12,900 nucleotides of DNA from Candidatus Iainarchaeum sp. (GCA_937968065.1 CALBUD010000070.1:1-12900), one strand, 5' to 3'; counted from the first letter of the stretch, positions 1-8,040 are shown. Translations and numbers: made by a program. The notes: generated from the sequence alone by a model not told the origin.

Positions 1-71
1 ATAACAAACAATAAAAAGGTTATCAATTACCATATAATATCAAAAAAACAACTAAAAAAGACTGAGAAAAT

Positions 72-2084
72 ATGAAAAAAAGAATATTAATTTTAATTAT
101 TGTTATTATTGCTGTTCTTTTAACAGTTACTATAATCTACTCAAACTCTTTAAAAGAACAAACAACACCTATAAAACCAAAGAAAGAAGATGCTCTTAAT
201 AGATTTTCTTCAGAAAAAGAACTTTATGATAAATTTAAATCACATCTAGAATATATGTATGATTATGGTCCAGCTATTGGAACTTGGAAAAGAACTATTA
301 ATGGACCTAGAAATAACATTCCTTTAAAAAAATACTCAGAAATAGAAGAATACATAAAAGAAGAACAATTTTCAGAAATTATAAAAATAGATAAAGAAAA
401 CATATATCTTTTAAATAATTTTTATGAAGATAAAAAAACAGAACTAATAATTATAAATAAACACCCAACTTCAGAAATTCTTTCAAAAACAACTTTTGAA
501 AACTTTGTTTCAAAAGAAATGTACCTACATCAAGATAAACTAGTTTTAATAGGTGATTCTCTTGCAAGTTATGATTATTCAAGATATTCTTTTTACACAA
601 ACGAACAATTATTTAACTCTGAAGATGAAATACCAGAATCAACAAGACCTGAAAGAAAAATGAAAGTTACAAATATAAAAATAATTGATATAAGTAATAA
701 AAAATCTCCAAAAATTTTAAAAGAACATGATTTTGAAGGAGAGTTATCAACATCTAAAAAAACAAATGAATACATTTATTTTATTTCTATAACAAACCCA
801 AGATTTTATTTGTTTAGTAGAGAGTATGATTGTGAAGATCTTGCACCTCTTTCAAGAGATGTTACAAAAAATAAAAACACAGAACTAAAACCTATGGTTG
901 CTTGCGATAATATAGGTTATATACCTTCAACAGACTTAAGTAAATTTTCAATAATTGTTGGAGTTTCTTTAAACTCTCTTAATTTTGAAACAGAAGTTGT
1001 TGCAGGGACTGGAAGAATAACTTATTTTTCAGAAAATAATCTTTATCTTCTAGAACATATAAACCCAAGATTTAGTGTTTCAAAAGTAGATTATGAAAAC
1101 TTTAAACAAGAAACAATAATTTCAAAATTTAATTTAGAAAAAGGAGATATAATTTATCAAACAACAGAAAAAATAGAAGGATATGTTTTAAATAATTCTT
1201 TAATAGATGAAAGAAATGAAACCTTAAGAGTTATAGTTTCATCTTTTAAAGATTTTGATAATCTATCATCAGTCAGATCCCCTCATGATCCTGCAGGAGA
1301 ACCTTCTATGCCACCAAACTATGCAGAAGACCCTTCTTTTCCTTCTGAAATGTTAGAAGTAAAAGACCCTACAATTAATAATAAACTATTAGTTTTAGAT
1401 AAAAATTTAAAAATAAATAATAGTTTAGAAGAAATAACAAGAGAAAGAATTTATTCAGCAACATTTACAGAAGATAAAATCTTTTTAAATCCTTTAAAAC
1501 AAGAAAATCCTTTTTATATTATTAATCTTCAAACTCTTAAAAAAGAAAAAGAATTAAAAATACCAAGTTATTCTTTTCATCTTTTTACTTTTAAAGAAAA
1601 TTATTTAGTTGGAGTTGGAGATAATGTTTTAGAAGAGGAAGGTTCAAGACTTGCTTCTCCTTACAAAGAAGGAATAAAAATATCTTTGTTTAATGTAAGT
1701 GATCCTGAAAACCCAATTGAAAGTTTTAAAGAAACTATTGGAGAGAAAGGAACTTTTACAGAAGCTTTTGAAAATCCAAAAACTATTTTGTTAGATAAAC
1801 AAAAAAATCTTTTAATAGTTTTAGTAACAGTTGCAGAACTAAAAGAAAATAATGTTGAAGAATATGTTTTTCAAGGGGCTTATGTTTATGATATTTCTTT
1901 ACAAGAAGGCTTCTCTCTTAAAGAAAGAATCACACATGTAGAAGAAGGAGAAAACATTGGTTCTGAAAACAGCATAAAAAGAGTCTTTTATGTTGATGAT
2001 GTTTTATATACCTTATCAAACAAATACCTTCAACTAAACTCACTTTCAAATTTTGAAAATATTCAAAAAATAAATTTAAAGTGA
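72..2084 (+). CDS. Membrane-anchored secreted beta-propeller-domain protein (PF09826-like family), paralogue 1
   Basis: ATG at 72 and TGA at 2082-2084. N-terminal hydrophobic anchor ILILIIVIIAVLLTVTIIY. The C-terminal half carries motifs I associate with the secreted 'beta propeller domain' family: IYSATF, NPFYIINL, LKIPSYSFHLF, GIKISLFNVSDPENP, LLDKQKNLLIV, VLYTLSN. It aligns end to end with the 3850-6069 locus (RFSSEKE[LI]YD, TELIIIN, SKTTFENF, ETIISKFNL, EGYVLN). Only two Cys, spaced C-x23-C (codons at 831 and 903). Confidence 0.8.
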   Translation: MKKRILILIIVIIAVLLTVTIIYSNSLKEQTTPIKPKKEDALNRFSSEKELYDKFKSHLEYMYDYGPAIGTWKRTINGPRNNIPLKKYSEIEEYIKEEQFSEIIKIDKENIYLLNNFYEDKKTELIIINKHPTSEILSKTTFENFVSKEMYLHQDKLVLIGDSLASYDYSRYSFYTNEQLFNSEDEIPESTRPERKMKVTNIKIIDISNKKSPKILKEHDFEGELSTSKKTNEYIYFISITNPRFYLFSREYDCEDLAPLSRDVTKNKNTELKPMVACDNIGYIPSTDLSKFSIIVGVSLNSLNFETEVVAGTGRITYFSENNLYLLEHINPRFSVSKVDYENFKQETIISKFNLEKGDIIYQTTEKIEGYVLNNSLIDERNETLRVIVSSFKDFDNLSSVRSPHDPAGEPSMPPNYAEDPSFPSEMLEVKDPTINNKLLVLDKNLKINNSLEEITRERIYSATFTEDKIFLNPLKQENPFYIINLQTLKKEKELKIPSYSFHLFTFKENYLVGVGDNVLEEEGSRLASPYKEGIKISLFNVSDPENPIESFKETIGEKGTFTEAFENPKTILLDKQKNLLIVLVTVAELKENNVEEYVFQGAYVYDISLQEGFSLKERITHVEEGENIGSENSIKRVFYVDDVLYTLSNKYLQLNSLSNFENIQKINLK

Positions 2085-2104
2085 TTTTTTTTATTTTTCT
2101 TTTT
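2085..2104 (+). terminator. Oligo-T tracts directly after the stop codon (possible archaeal-type intrinsic termination signal)
   Basis: T8 (2085-2092), T5 (2094-2098) and T5 (2100-2104) directly follow the TGA. Caveat: T-runs are common in this AT-rich DNA. Confidence 0.3.
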
Positions 2105-2264
2105 AAAAAAAGAAGTAAGGTTTTGTTATAATTTATATATGAAATACCTATCACATATATTTATAAAGATTTTCATCCCTTATTCTATAATAAAAAAAGA
2201 ATGTTTTTTTATAGAAACTTCTTTTTTTTCACCTCAAAAATATATTTTAAAAAAGTGATAAATT

Positions 2265-2948
2265 ATGAAAAAAAATAAAACTTCTTCAACAAAGATTATA
2301 ATAGTTACTTTAGCAATCTTACTTGCTGTTTCTGTAACTTTACTTGTAATTAATCTTTCGAGTAAGGGAGATGTTACAAACCTTAATAATCAACAAGTAC
2401 CAAAAACAGATAACAACGAAGAAATAAACTTTCAAGAAGTTCATTATCTTGGAAATCCTGAAGCTTCAGTTGTTATGATTGAATATTCTTCAATAACCTG
2501 TCCTTTTTGTAAAAGATATCAAATAACAGATGAAACATTTGATAACATAAAGAAAGAATATGTAGATACAGGAAAAGTTGTATATATCTATAAACATTTT
2601 ACAAGAAACGAAGTGGACATTCTTGGAGCAATTGCTTTAGAGTGTGCTGGAGAACAAAATATGTTCTTTGAATATAAGAGAAAAGTTTATGAAAATCAAG
2701 AAAATCTACAAAATCTTGAATTTTCAAATCGTGAATTTTCAAAATATGCACAAGAGCTTAATCTTAACATGGATAGCTTTAACGAATGTTTAACAGATAC
2801 AAAATATCTTTCAAAGATAGAATCTGATAAAACAGAAGGTATGAGTAAAGGAATTACAGGAACACCTGGTTTTTTAATTAATGGAAATGTAGTTTCAGGA
2901 GCACAACCATTTGCTGTTTTTAAAGCAGCTATTGATAGATTATTATAA
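2265..2948 (+). CDS. Membrane-anchored DsbA-family thiol:disulfide oxidoreductase (thioredoxin fold, CPFC active site)
   Basis: ATG 2265, TAA 2946-2948. N-terminal anchor IIIVTLAILLAVSVTLLVI. Motif GNPEASVVMIEYSSITCPFCKRY, with CxxC codons at 2499-2510. ECAGEQNMFFEY helical-insert motif. C-terminal cis-Pro loop ITGTPGFLINGNVVSGAQP. All are typical of DsbA/Thioredoxin_4 proteins. Confidence 0.85.
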   Translation: MKKNKTSSTKIIIVTLAILLAVSVTLLVINLSSKGDVTNLNNQQVPKTDNNEEINFQEVHYLGNPEASVVMIEYSSITCPFCKRYQITDETFDNIKKEYVDTGKVVYIYKHFTRNEVDILGAIALECAGEQNMFFEYKRKVYENQENLQNLEFSNREFSKYAQELNLNMDSFNECLTDTKYLSKIESDKTEGMSKGITGTPGFLINGNVVSGAQPFAVFKAAIDRLL

Positions 2949-2971
2949 CATCTATCTCTTTTTCTTTTTTT

Positions 2972-3709
2972 TTAAAAACTAGAAGAGTTTAAAACAAATT
3001 TTTTAAAATCTATAAATACAAATTTAAATTTATGGGTTTTTGGGTTATATTCTTTAATAATTAGATTATTTGATGCAAAATCAAAATCATGGAAATGTTT
3101 ACTTTCAACCATATATATTTCTGATACTGCTCTATTTAAATCAGATAAAAAAGATTTATGACTAATTTTATTTTCTTCAAGTTTTCTAAAAAATGAAGAA
3201 GCATATCTGTTTTGACTTAAAACAGGTGTTGTAATATACTTATTCTCATTTAAAATTAAAGACAAATCATGACAACTTATTGAAGGAGAAATTTGTTCAA
3301 GAACATATGTAGCATTTTTTATTTCTTTAATATCAATTATTTTTACTAAAGAAATTTCTGAATGTTTAAGTGGAATTTTTTTTAAAAAATTTCTTGCAGC
3401 TATATAGTTTTTAAGAAATCTTCTTTTTGTTGTAGATATTTTTCTAATAGTACCTGTCATTGTAGGAGTTATAGGAAAAACAAATATTTGTCGATTATAT
3501 CTTGAGATATAATTGCTTTTGTTTAAAGCTCTTCTTTTTATAAAAAATTCAGAAAATTTGCCTAAGGTATAGTTTTCCCAGAAAGATGCAAGTCTTTCTT
3601 TTGAAACTTTTGATTCTTTTGAAATAAAAAAATTAATTCCTTTTTTAGAAGTTGAGTCTGGTTTTTTAATAACCTTTTTTGAAAGATTAGTTATTTTTTT
3701 CTTTATCAT
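2972..3709 (-). CDS. Hypothetical basic protein; C-terminal part resembles a degenerate protein-kinase-like (RIO/Bud32/APH-type) catalytic core
   Basis: ATG (complement of 3707-3709), TAA (complement of 2972-2974). Lys/Arg-rich N-terminus. YVLEQI (hinge-like), then HFHDFDFASNNLII (compare HGDLxxxN, D-x4-N spacing present), then FVFIDF (compare the xIDF/DFG metal loop). No glycine-rich loop recognised. Confidence 0.65.
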   Translation of the reverse strand: MIKKKITNLSKKVIKKPDSTSKKGINFFISKESKVSKERLASFWENYTLGKFSEFFIKRRALNKSNYISRYNRQIFVFPITPTMTGTIRKISTTKRRFLKNYIAARNFLKKIPLKHSEISLVKIIDIKEIKNATYVLEQISPSISCHDLSLILNENKYITTPVLSQNRYASSFFRKLEENKISHKSFLSDLNRAVSEIYMVESKHFHDFDFASNNLIIKEYNPKTHKFKFVFIDFKKFVLNSSSF

Positions 3710-3727
3710 CTTAAATATAAATTATAG

Positions 3728-3740
3728 CATATAAATAAAA
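3728..3740 (-). promoter_or_regulatory. Candidate TATA box for the 2972-3709 gene (leaderless-type spacing)
   Basis: The complement reads TTTTATTTATATG. It is centred about 25 nt upstream of the ATG at 3709. No SD-like element lies in between. Confidence 0.3.
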
Positions 3741-3833
3741 TACTTTCTTTTAAAAACAATAATAAGGAAAAAACCTAACTATAAAAACCAATTTATAAGG
3801 GTTGCTTATTAATTAATATTTATTAAACAATTA

Positions 3834-3839
3834 AGAGGT
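3834..3839 (+). promoter_or_regulatory. Shine-Dalgarno-like site for the 3850 gene
   Basis: AGAGGT within AAGAGGTTGAT (resembles GGAGGTGAT), with a 10-nt spacer to the ATG at 3850. Confidence 0.4.
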
Positions 3840-3849
3840 TGATATAATT

Positions 3850-6069
3850 ATGAATAAAAAAATATTAGTTGTTGTTGGAGTTTTAATACTTGCACTTATT
3901 GCTGTAAGTCTTATTTTCCTTCCAAAAACAATTATTGAAAAAGAAGATAAACTTTATAGGTTTTCTTCAGAAAAAGAAATTTATGATTCTTTTTTAAATA
4001 CTCATAACTTACCCTTAACTATGCAAGGCATGGAAGTTAGAGGTATGGTTGCTAAAGCAGAGGCTGGAGGGGCTTTAGGAGATGATGGAGGCGCTTCTTA
4101 CTCTGAAACAAACATACAAGTTGAAGGTGTTGATGAAGCTGATATTATAAAAATAGATGGAGAATACATCTATCTTATAAGAAATATATATGACTATCAA
4201 ACATATAAAGAAAAAACAGAATTAATAATTATAAATTCATACCCTGATTCAGAAATTGTTTCAAAAACAACTTTTGAAAACTTTAGAGCAAGAGAACTTT
4301 TCATACATGAAGAAAAAGTTGTTTTATTTGGACAGACAAGCATTCCTTATTCTTATCTTAAAGGATATCAAGAAGAAGGAGAGATATATCAAACAACAGA
4401 AGCTGTTGATGTGGGAGATGCATCTCCAGAAAGAACTTCAATGATTTTACCTCCATACATACCAAGCATGGAACTTAGTTCTGTAAAAATAATAGATACA
4501 GAAGATAAACAAAATCCACAAATATTAAAATCATTTGATTTTGAAGGAAGTTATTTAACATCAAGAAAAATAAATGAAAATGTTTATTTTATATTAAACA
4601 GTTATCCTAGATTTAATTTTTTAAACAATCCAACTTGTTATGATATTGCACCATTATACAGAGAAACAACTACAGATATTAATTCAGAATTAGAAGTTAT
4701 TGTTCCTTGTGATAAAATTGGATATGTTAGCCCAGTTCAAGCACAAAGTTTCTTAACAATAATTGGTTTTTCTTTAGACTCTTTAAATCTTGAAAAAGAA
4801 GTTATTGTTGGAAGTGGACAAAACATTTATGCTTCTACAAAAAATTTATATGTTGCACAAACAACCTGGCCAAGATTTGATAATATTGGAGAGCCTTTAG
4901 AAGAATATAAACAAGAAACTGTTATTTCAAAATTTAGTTTAGATTCTGGAAAAATTGTTTATCAAACAACAGGAAGAGTTGAAGGTTATGTTTTAAATCA
5001 ATTTTCAATGGATGAACATAATGGTTATTTTAGAATAGCAACCACAAGTCAACCATTCTGGGGAGGGTCTATTCTTTTTGAGCCAACTATAATAGAACCA
5101 ATGATAGTTGAAGAGTATTTAGAAGAAGACGTAAAGGTTCTAGAAAATTAAACTGATAATAATAGTTTACAAGAACCAAACACAGATGTTAATTCTGATA
5201 CTGAAGAGGTTCCAGATACAGAAGTTATTTCAAAAATTCCTGATGATAATACTTTAATAGAACCAATAATTGGTGATCCTGTTATTACACAAGAAGAACA
5301 AACAAATAATCTATTTGTTTTAAATGAAAATTTAGAAATTGTTGGTTTGATTGAAGACATTGCACCTGGAGAAAAAATTTATTCTGCAAGGTTTATGGGA
5401 AATAAAGCATATATGATAACCTTTGTTCAAGTAGATCCATTATATGTTATAGATCTTGAAAACCCTACAAATCCTGTTATCTTAGGAGAACTTAAAATAC
5501 CAGGTTATTCAAACTATCTTCACCCTTACTCTGAAAACTATCTTATAGGTATTGGAAAAGAAGTTATATAAGTTGATCCTGAACAAAACAATGATTGGTT
5601 TCCACAAAACTTTGTATGGGAGCAAGGAATTAAGATTTCTTTATTTGATGTTACAGATCTTGAAAACCCTATAGAACTTTATAAAGAAGTTATTGGAGAT
5701 AGAGGAACTTACTCTGAAGCATTAAACAACCATAAAGCATTTGTGTTTGATAAAGAAAAAAATCTTTTAATAATTCCAATAACTCTTGCACAATATTCAA
5801 CACCACCTGAAAGTGTTTGGGAGTATGGGACTTATATTTATCAAGGAATGTATTTATTTAACATAGATTCTCAAGAAGGAATTGCTCTAAAAGGAAGAAT
5901 TACACATTCTGAAAGTGGTCCTAATGAATATAAGTATTTTGAGGATGATGTGGTTGTAAAAAGAGCAATGTATATAGATGATGTTTTATATACTTTTTCA
6001 AACAATAGACTACAACTAAACAATCTTAGTTCTCTAGATCTTATAAAAAAAATAAGCTTAAATAATTAA
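3850..6069 (+). pseudogene. Beta-propeller-domain protein (PF09826-like), paralogue 2, interrupted by two in-frame TAA codons (pseudogene or read-through candidate)
   Basis: The frame of ATG 3850 stays open to TAA 6067-6069 except for TAA at 5149-5151 and 5569-5571. I translated 5152-5760 by hand and it is the same frame with no indels. It carries the canonical family motif YSETNIQVEGVDEADIIKIDGEYIY. After the first stop it carries the most conserved block, APGEKIYSARFMGNKAYMITFVQVDPLYVIDLENPTNPVILGELKIPGYSNYLHPY. The ORF-track pieces 5347.. and 5743.. begin on TTG and GTG with no RBS, so they are continuations rather than genes. Confidence 0.7.
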
Positions 6070-6087
6070 GCTTATTTCTTTTTTTTT
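6051..6087. terminator. Palindromic hairpin plus T-run between convergent genes (candidate bidirectional terminator)
   Basis: AATAAGCTTA (6051-6060) pairs perfectly with TAAGCTTATT (6067-6076) around the loop AATAAT. It overlaps the TAA stop at 6067-6069. T9 follows at 6079-6087, and an A-run at 6045-6052 gives a T-run on the other strand. Confidence 0.45.
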
Positions 6088-6757
6088 ATTTTATATTTTT
6101 TGAAAGAACATCATTTTTCTTTTTAAGATCATAGATAATATCAGCATACCCATGAACCATATCAACCATGGTCTGCAAAGAATTTTGAAGATCTGAGATT
6201 GGTATTGTTAATTTTTCTGGTTTTATGATATCAATGGAGGTTACACCATAGAAATAAATTAACCTAATTAAAGAAAAAAGATCTGGACAAGATACCTCTG
6301 AAGAGATAAATGTTGAAAAAAGATTATCATGAACAACAATATCTGCTAAAGAAGAATCATACACAAAATAAGTCTCATCTTTTTTTAAAGAAGAAAGAAT
6401 TTTTTCCATAGCCTCTCTTAAAGCTGTTTTGTCATCAGATTTAGATTCTATAATAATTGAGACTCTTATAATGTTTTTATCATTTTCAGACATTTCTTTT
6501 CTTTTTTCTAAAGTTTTTAAAATTTCTTCAGATAAAGAATATTTTACAGGATATCCTTCTTTTTTTATAAGTTTTAAAGAAAGCATATTTTTTAAAACGG
6601 CTAAGATATCTTCATAACTTGCAGAAGGAATTTCTTTTTTTAATTCTTCATCTGTTTTTTCACCCTTAGATAAAGATTTTGCAATTAAGTTTCTAAGTTC
6701 TAATAAATCATGTTGTTTTTTTATTTCTTGTTCTTTAAAAGATAAGTTTTCATCCAT
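6086..6757 (-). CDS. Hypothetical protein, N-terminal winged-helix-like region plus uncharacterised alpha/beta C-terminal domain
   Basis: ATG (complement of 6755-6757), TAA (complement of 6086-6088). The N-terminal ~80 aa (SYEDILAVLKNMLSLKLIKKEGYPVKYSLSEE) looks like a wHTH recognition helix plus wing. The rest has an alternating beta/alpha pattern (IIRVSIIIESKSDD..ALREAMEKI..) with no motif I can name. Confidence 0.7.
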   Translation of the reverse strand: MDENLSFKEQEIKKQHDLLELRNLIAKSLSKGEKTDEELKKEIPSASYEDILAVLKNMLSLKLIKKEGYPVKYSLSEEILKTLEKRKEMSENDKNIIRVSIIIESKSDDKTALREAMEKILSSLKKDETYFVYDSSLADIVVHDNLFSTFISSEVSCPDLFSLIRLIYFYGVTSIDIIKPEKLTIPISDLQNSLQTMVDMVHGYADIIYDLKKKNDVLSKNIK

Positions 6758-6763
6758 ATTCTA

Positions 6764-6768
6764 CACCT
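6764..6768 (-). promoter_or_regulatory. Shine-Dalgarno-like site for the 6086-6757 gene
   Basis: The complement reads AGGTG within AAAGGTGTAGAATATG, with a 6-nt spacer to the ATG. Confidence 0.4.
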
Positions 6769-6887
6769 TTATTTTTAAGTATTATAATATATTTAAAGAT
6801 ACAAAATACATATAAAATGATTCTTGTTATTTTTTTTAAAAAAAACAAAAAGTATTTATTTTAAAGGTTATAAGTAATTATATATAT

Positions 6888-6894
6888 AAGAGGA
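6888..6894 (+). promoter_or_regulatory. Shine-Dalgarno-like site for the 6902 gene
   Basis: AAGAGGA with a 7-nt spacer to the ATG at 6902. Confidence 0.4.
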
Positions 6895-6901
6895 ATTATT
6901 T

Positions 6902-7189
6902 ATGATAGATTTAGTTTTTTTAGCAGCAGAAGAAACCACAAAGAAAGTTATTGAGTTTAATCCAATGCTTTTAGTGTATGCTTTAATCTTAATTGTTCTT
7001 ACAGTTATTTTTATTAAAGTTTTTAAAAATGTTATTATAAACAGTATTATTGGTGTTGTTGCTTTATTATTTTTATATTATGTTTTAAACATTAAACTTC
7101 CTTTTATAATAACTTTGATAGTTACAGCAATCTTTGGACCAGCAGGGCTTGGTGTTATGCTAGTTTTAAAGTTCTTTGGAGTTGTTTAA
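6902..7189 (+). CDS. Small two/three-TM membrane protein, BofA-like (pro-sigmaK processing inhibitor family resemblance)
   Basis: ATG 6902, TAA 7187-7189, 95 aa. Hydrophobic segments MLLVYALILIVLTVIFI, IIGVVALLFLYYVL and PFIITLIVTAIFGPAGLGVMLVL. The tail N..P....L.V....GP.G...L.L resembles the BofA motif (..N..T.lv.g.LG.PG...L.l). Confidence 0.55.
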   Translation: MIDLVFLAAEETTKKVIEFNPMLLVYALILIVLTVIFIKVFKNVIINSIIGVVALLFLYYVLNIKLPFIITLIVTAIFGPAGLGVMLVLKFFGVV

Positions 7190-7196
7190 AAAAAAA
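7188..7196 (-). terminator. T9 tract (minus strand) directly after the stop of the 7198-8040 gene
   Basis: A9 on the plus strand at 7188-7196 is T9 on the minus strand, starting 2 nt after the TAA (complement of 7198-7200). Only 8 nt separate the two convergent genes. Confidence 0.3.
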
Positions 7197-7197
7197 G

Positions 7198-8040
7198 TTA
7201 TTTTTCAGAATTTAGATTTAGTTTTTCAAGAGTTATCTTTTCTAAACTTGACCCTACTATTTTTTCAATTTCAGAATCTGTTAAAAAAGTAGACTCTCTT
7301 AAAACTCCTCTTTGACAAAAAATATTTACTGGAGTTAAAGACAAGTTTGATTTTAAAGAATCAGTTGTTTTTCCTGAAATAAAAAACCAAATTGAATTGT
7401 TTCCTTCTTGTATAAAGTTTTCAGGAAAAGAAAGAGTAACTTCATTATTTCCAATAGAAGTGTTAATGTTTGAAGAATATTCTAAAATATTATTTGTTGT
7501 AAAATTTCTTAGATTAATTTCTAAAGAACTTTGCATGCCTTGAGAAGGAACCTCAAGATTGATTAAGAAAGAATCACAAGAAACTACTTCTAAAGAATTA
7601 AAAGAAATAAACTTCTGTTCTGAATTTAATTCTTTTTCATATATCTTTCTTAAGTTAGAATCATAAATTGAAAGAATAAAAGAAGTTATATAATTATCAT
7701 TTTCATTTGTTTTATATCTTTGTGTGAAATAAGTAAAAGGAGTTATGTCTCCTCTACTTTCTATAAAGTTATCAGTATTTCTTGCACCCTTCATATAATG
7801 ATCAAAGTAAAGAAGAGGAAAGTTTGGTTTTGCTTTAAAATTTGTAATATACTGATTATCTATAAAGGTTGGATAAAAATATTGAATCCTGTAAAAATCA
7901 AGAGTTAATGGCACTTCAACAGGAATTACTGGTGTTCCTGCTTTTCCTTCTTTACTTATGTTTACAAATAATAATAAACCTATAATAATAATTACAAGAA
8001 AAGTTAAAAAAAGAATGATTGTTTGTTTTTTTAGTTTCAT
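7198..8040 (-). CDS. Hypothetical membrane-anchored extracytoplasmic protein (orphan)
   Basis: ATG (complement of 8038-8040), TAA (complement of 7198-7200). N-terminal anchor TIILFLTFLVIIIIGLLLFV. Five N-x-S/T sequons (NIS, NFT, NTS, NNS, NLS). No recognisable catalytic motif. Confidence 0.7.
   Translation of the reverse strand: MKLKKQTIILFLTFLVIIIIGLLLFVNISKEGKAGTPVIPVEVPLTLDFYRIQYFYPTFIDNQYITNFKAKPNFPLLYFDHYMKGARNTDNFIESRGDITPFTYFTQRYKTNENDNYITSFILSIYDSNLRKIYEKELNSEQKFISFNSLEVVSCDSFLINLEVPSQGMQSSLEINLRNFTTNNILEYSSNINTSIGNNEVTLSFPENFIQEGNNSIWFFISGKTTDSLKSNLSLTPVNIFCQRGVLRESTFLTDSEIEKIVGSSLEKITLEKLNLNSEK

Noticed and set aside
2097-2114. TTCTTTTT / AAAAAGAA inverted repeat after the first propeller gene as a terminator hairpin
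   Set aside because: It is a pure A/T stem with an effectively 2-4 nt loop. It is indistinguishable from chance in this composition. Only the T-tracts are reported, at low confidence.
5149-5571. Genetic-code reassignment of TAA (sense codon) as the explanation for the in-frame stops
   Set aside because: Most other genes in the window (2265-2948, 2972-3709, 6086-6757, 6902-7189, 7198-8040, 8157-9431, 10912-..) terminate on TAA. They do so at positions consistent with homologue lengths and are followed by T-tracts. TGA also works as a stop (72-2084, rtcB). No global recoding is supported.
5451-5672. 17-nt identical stretch AGATCTTGAAAACCCTA occurring twice (about 5451 and about 5654)
   Set aside because: Both copies encode the same blade motif (DLENP) in successive propeller repeats of one protein. 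This is explained by internal protein repeat structure and is not a separate DNA element.
5347-6069. ORF-track entries 5347-5571 and 5743-6069 as independent genes
   Set aside because: They start on TTG and GTG with no RBS or promoter. They are in the same frame as 3850-5151, and the intervening codons (5152-5346, 5572-5742) also translate into family-conserved sequence. They are fragments of one interrupted gene.
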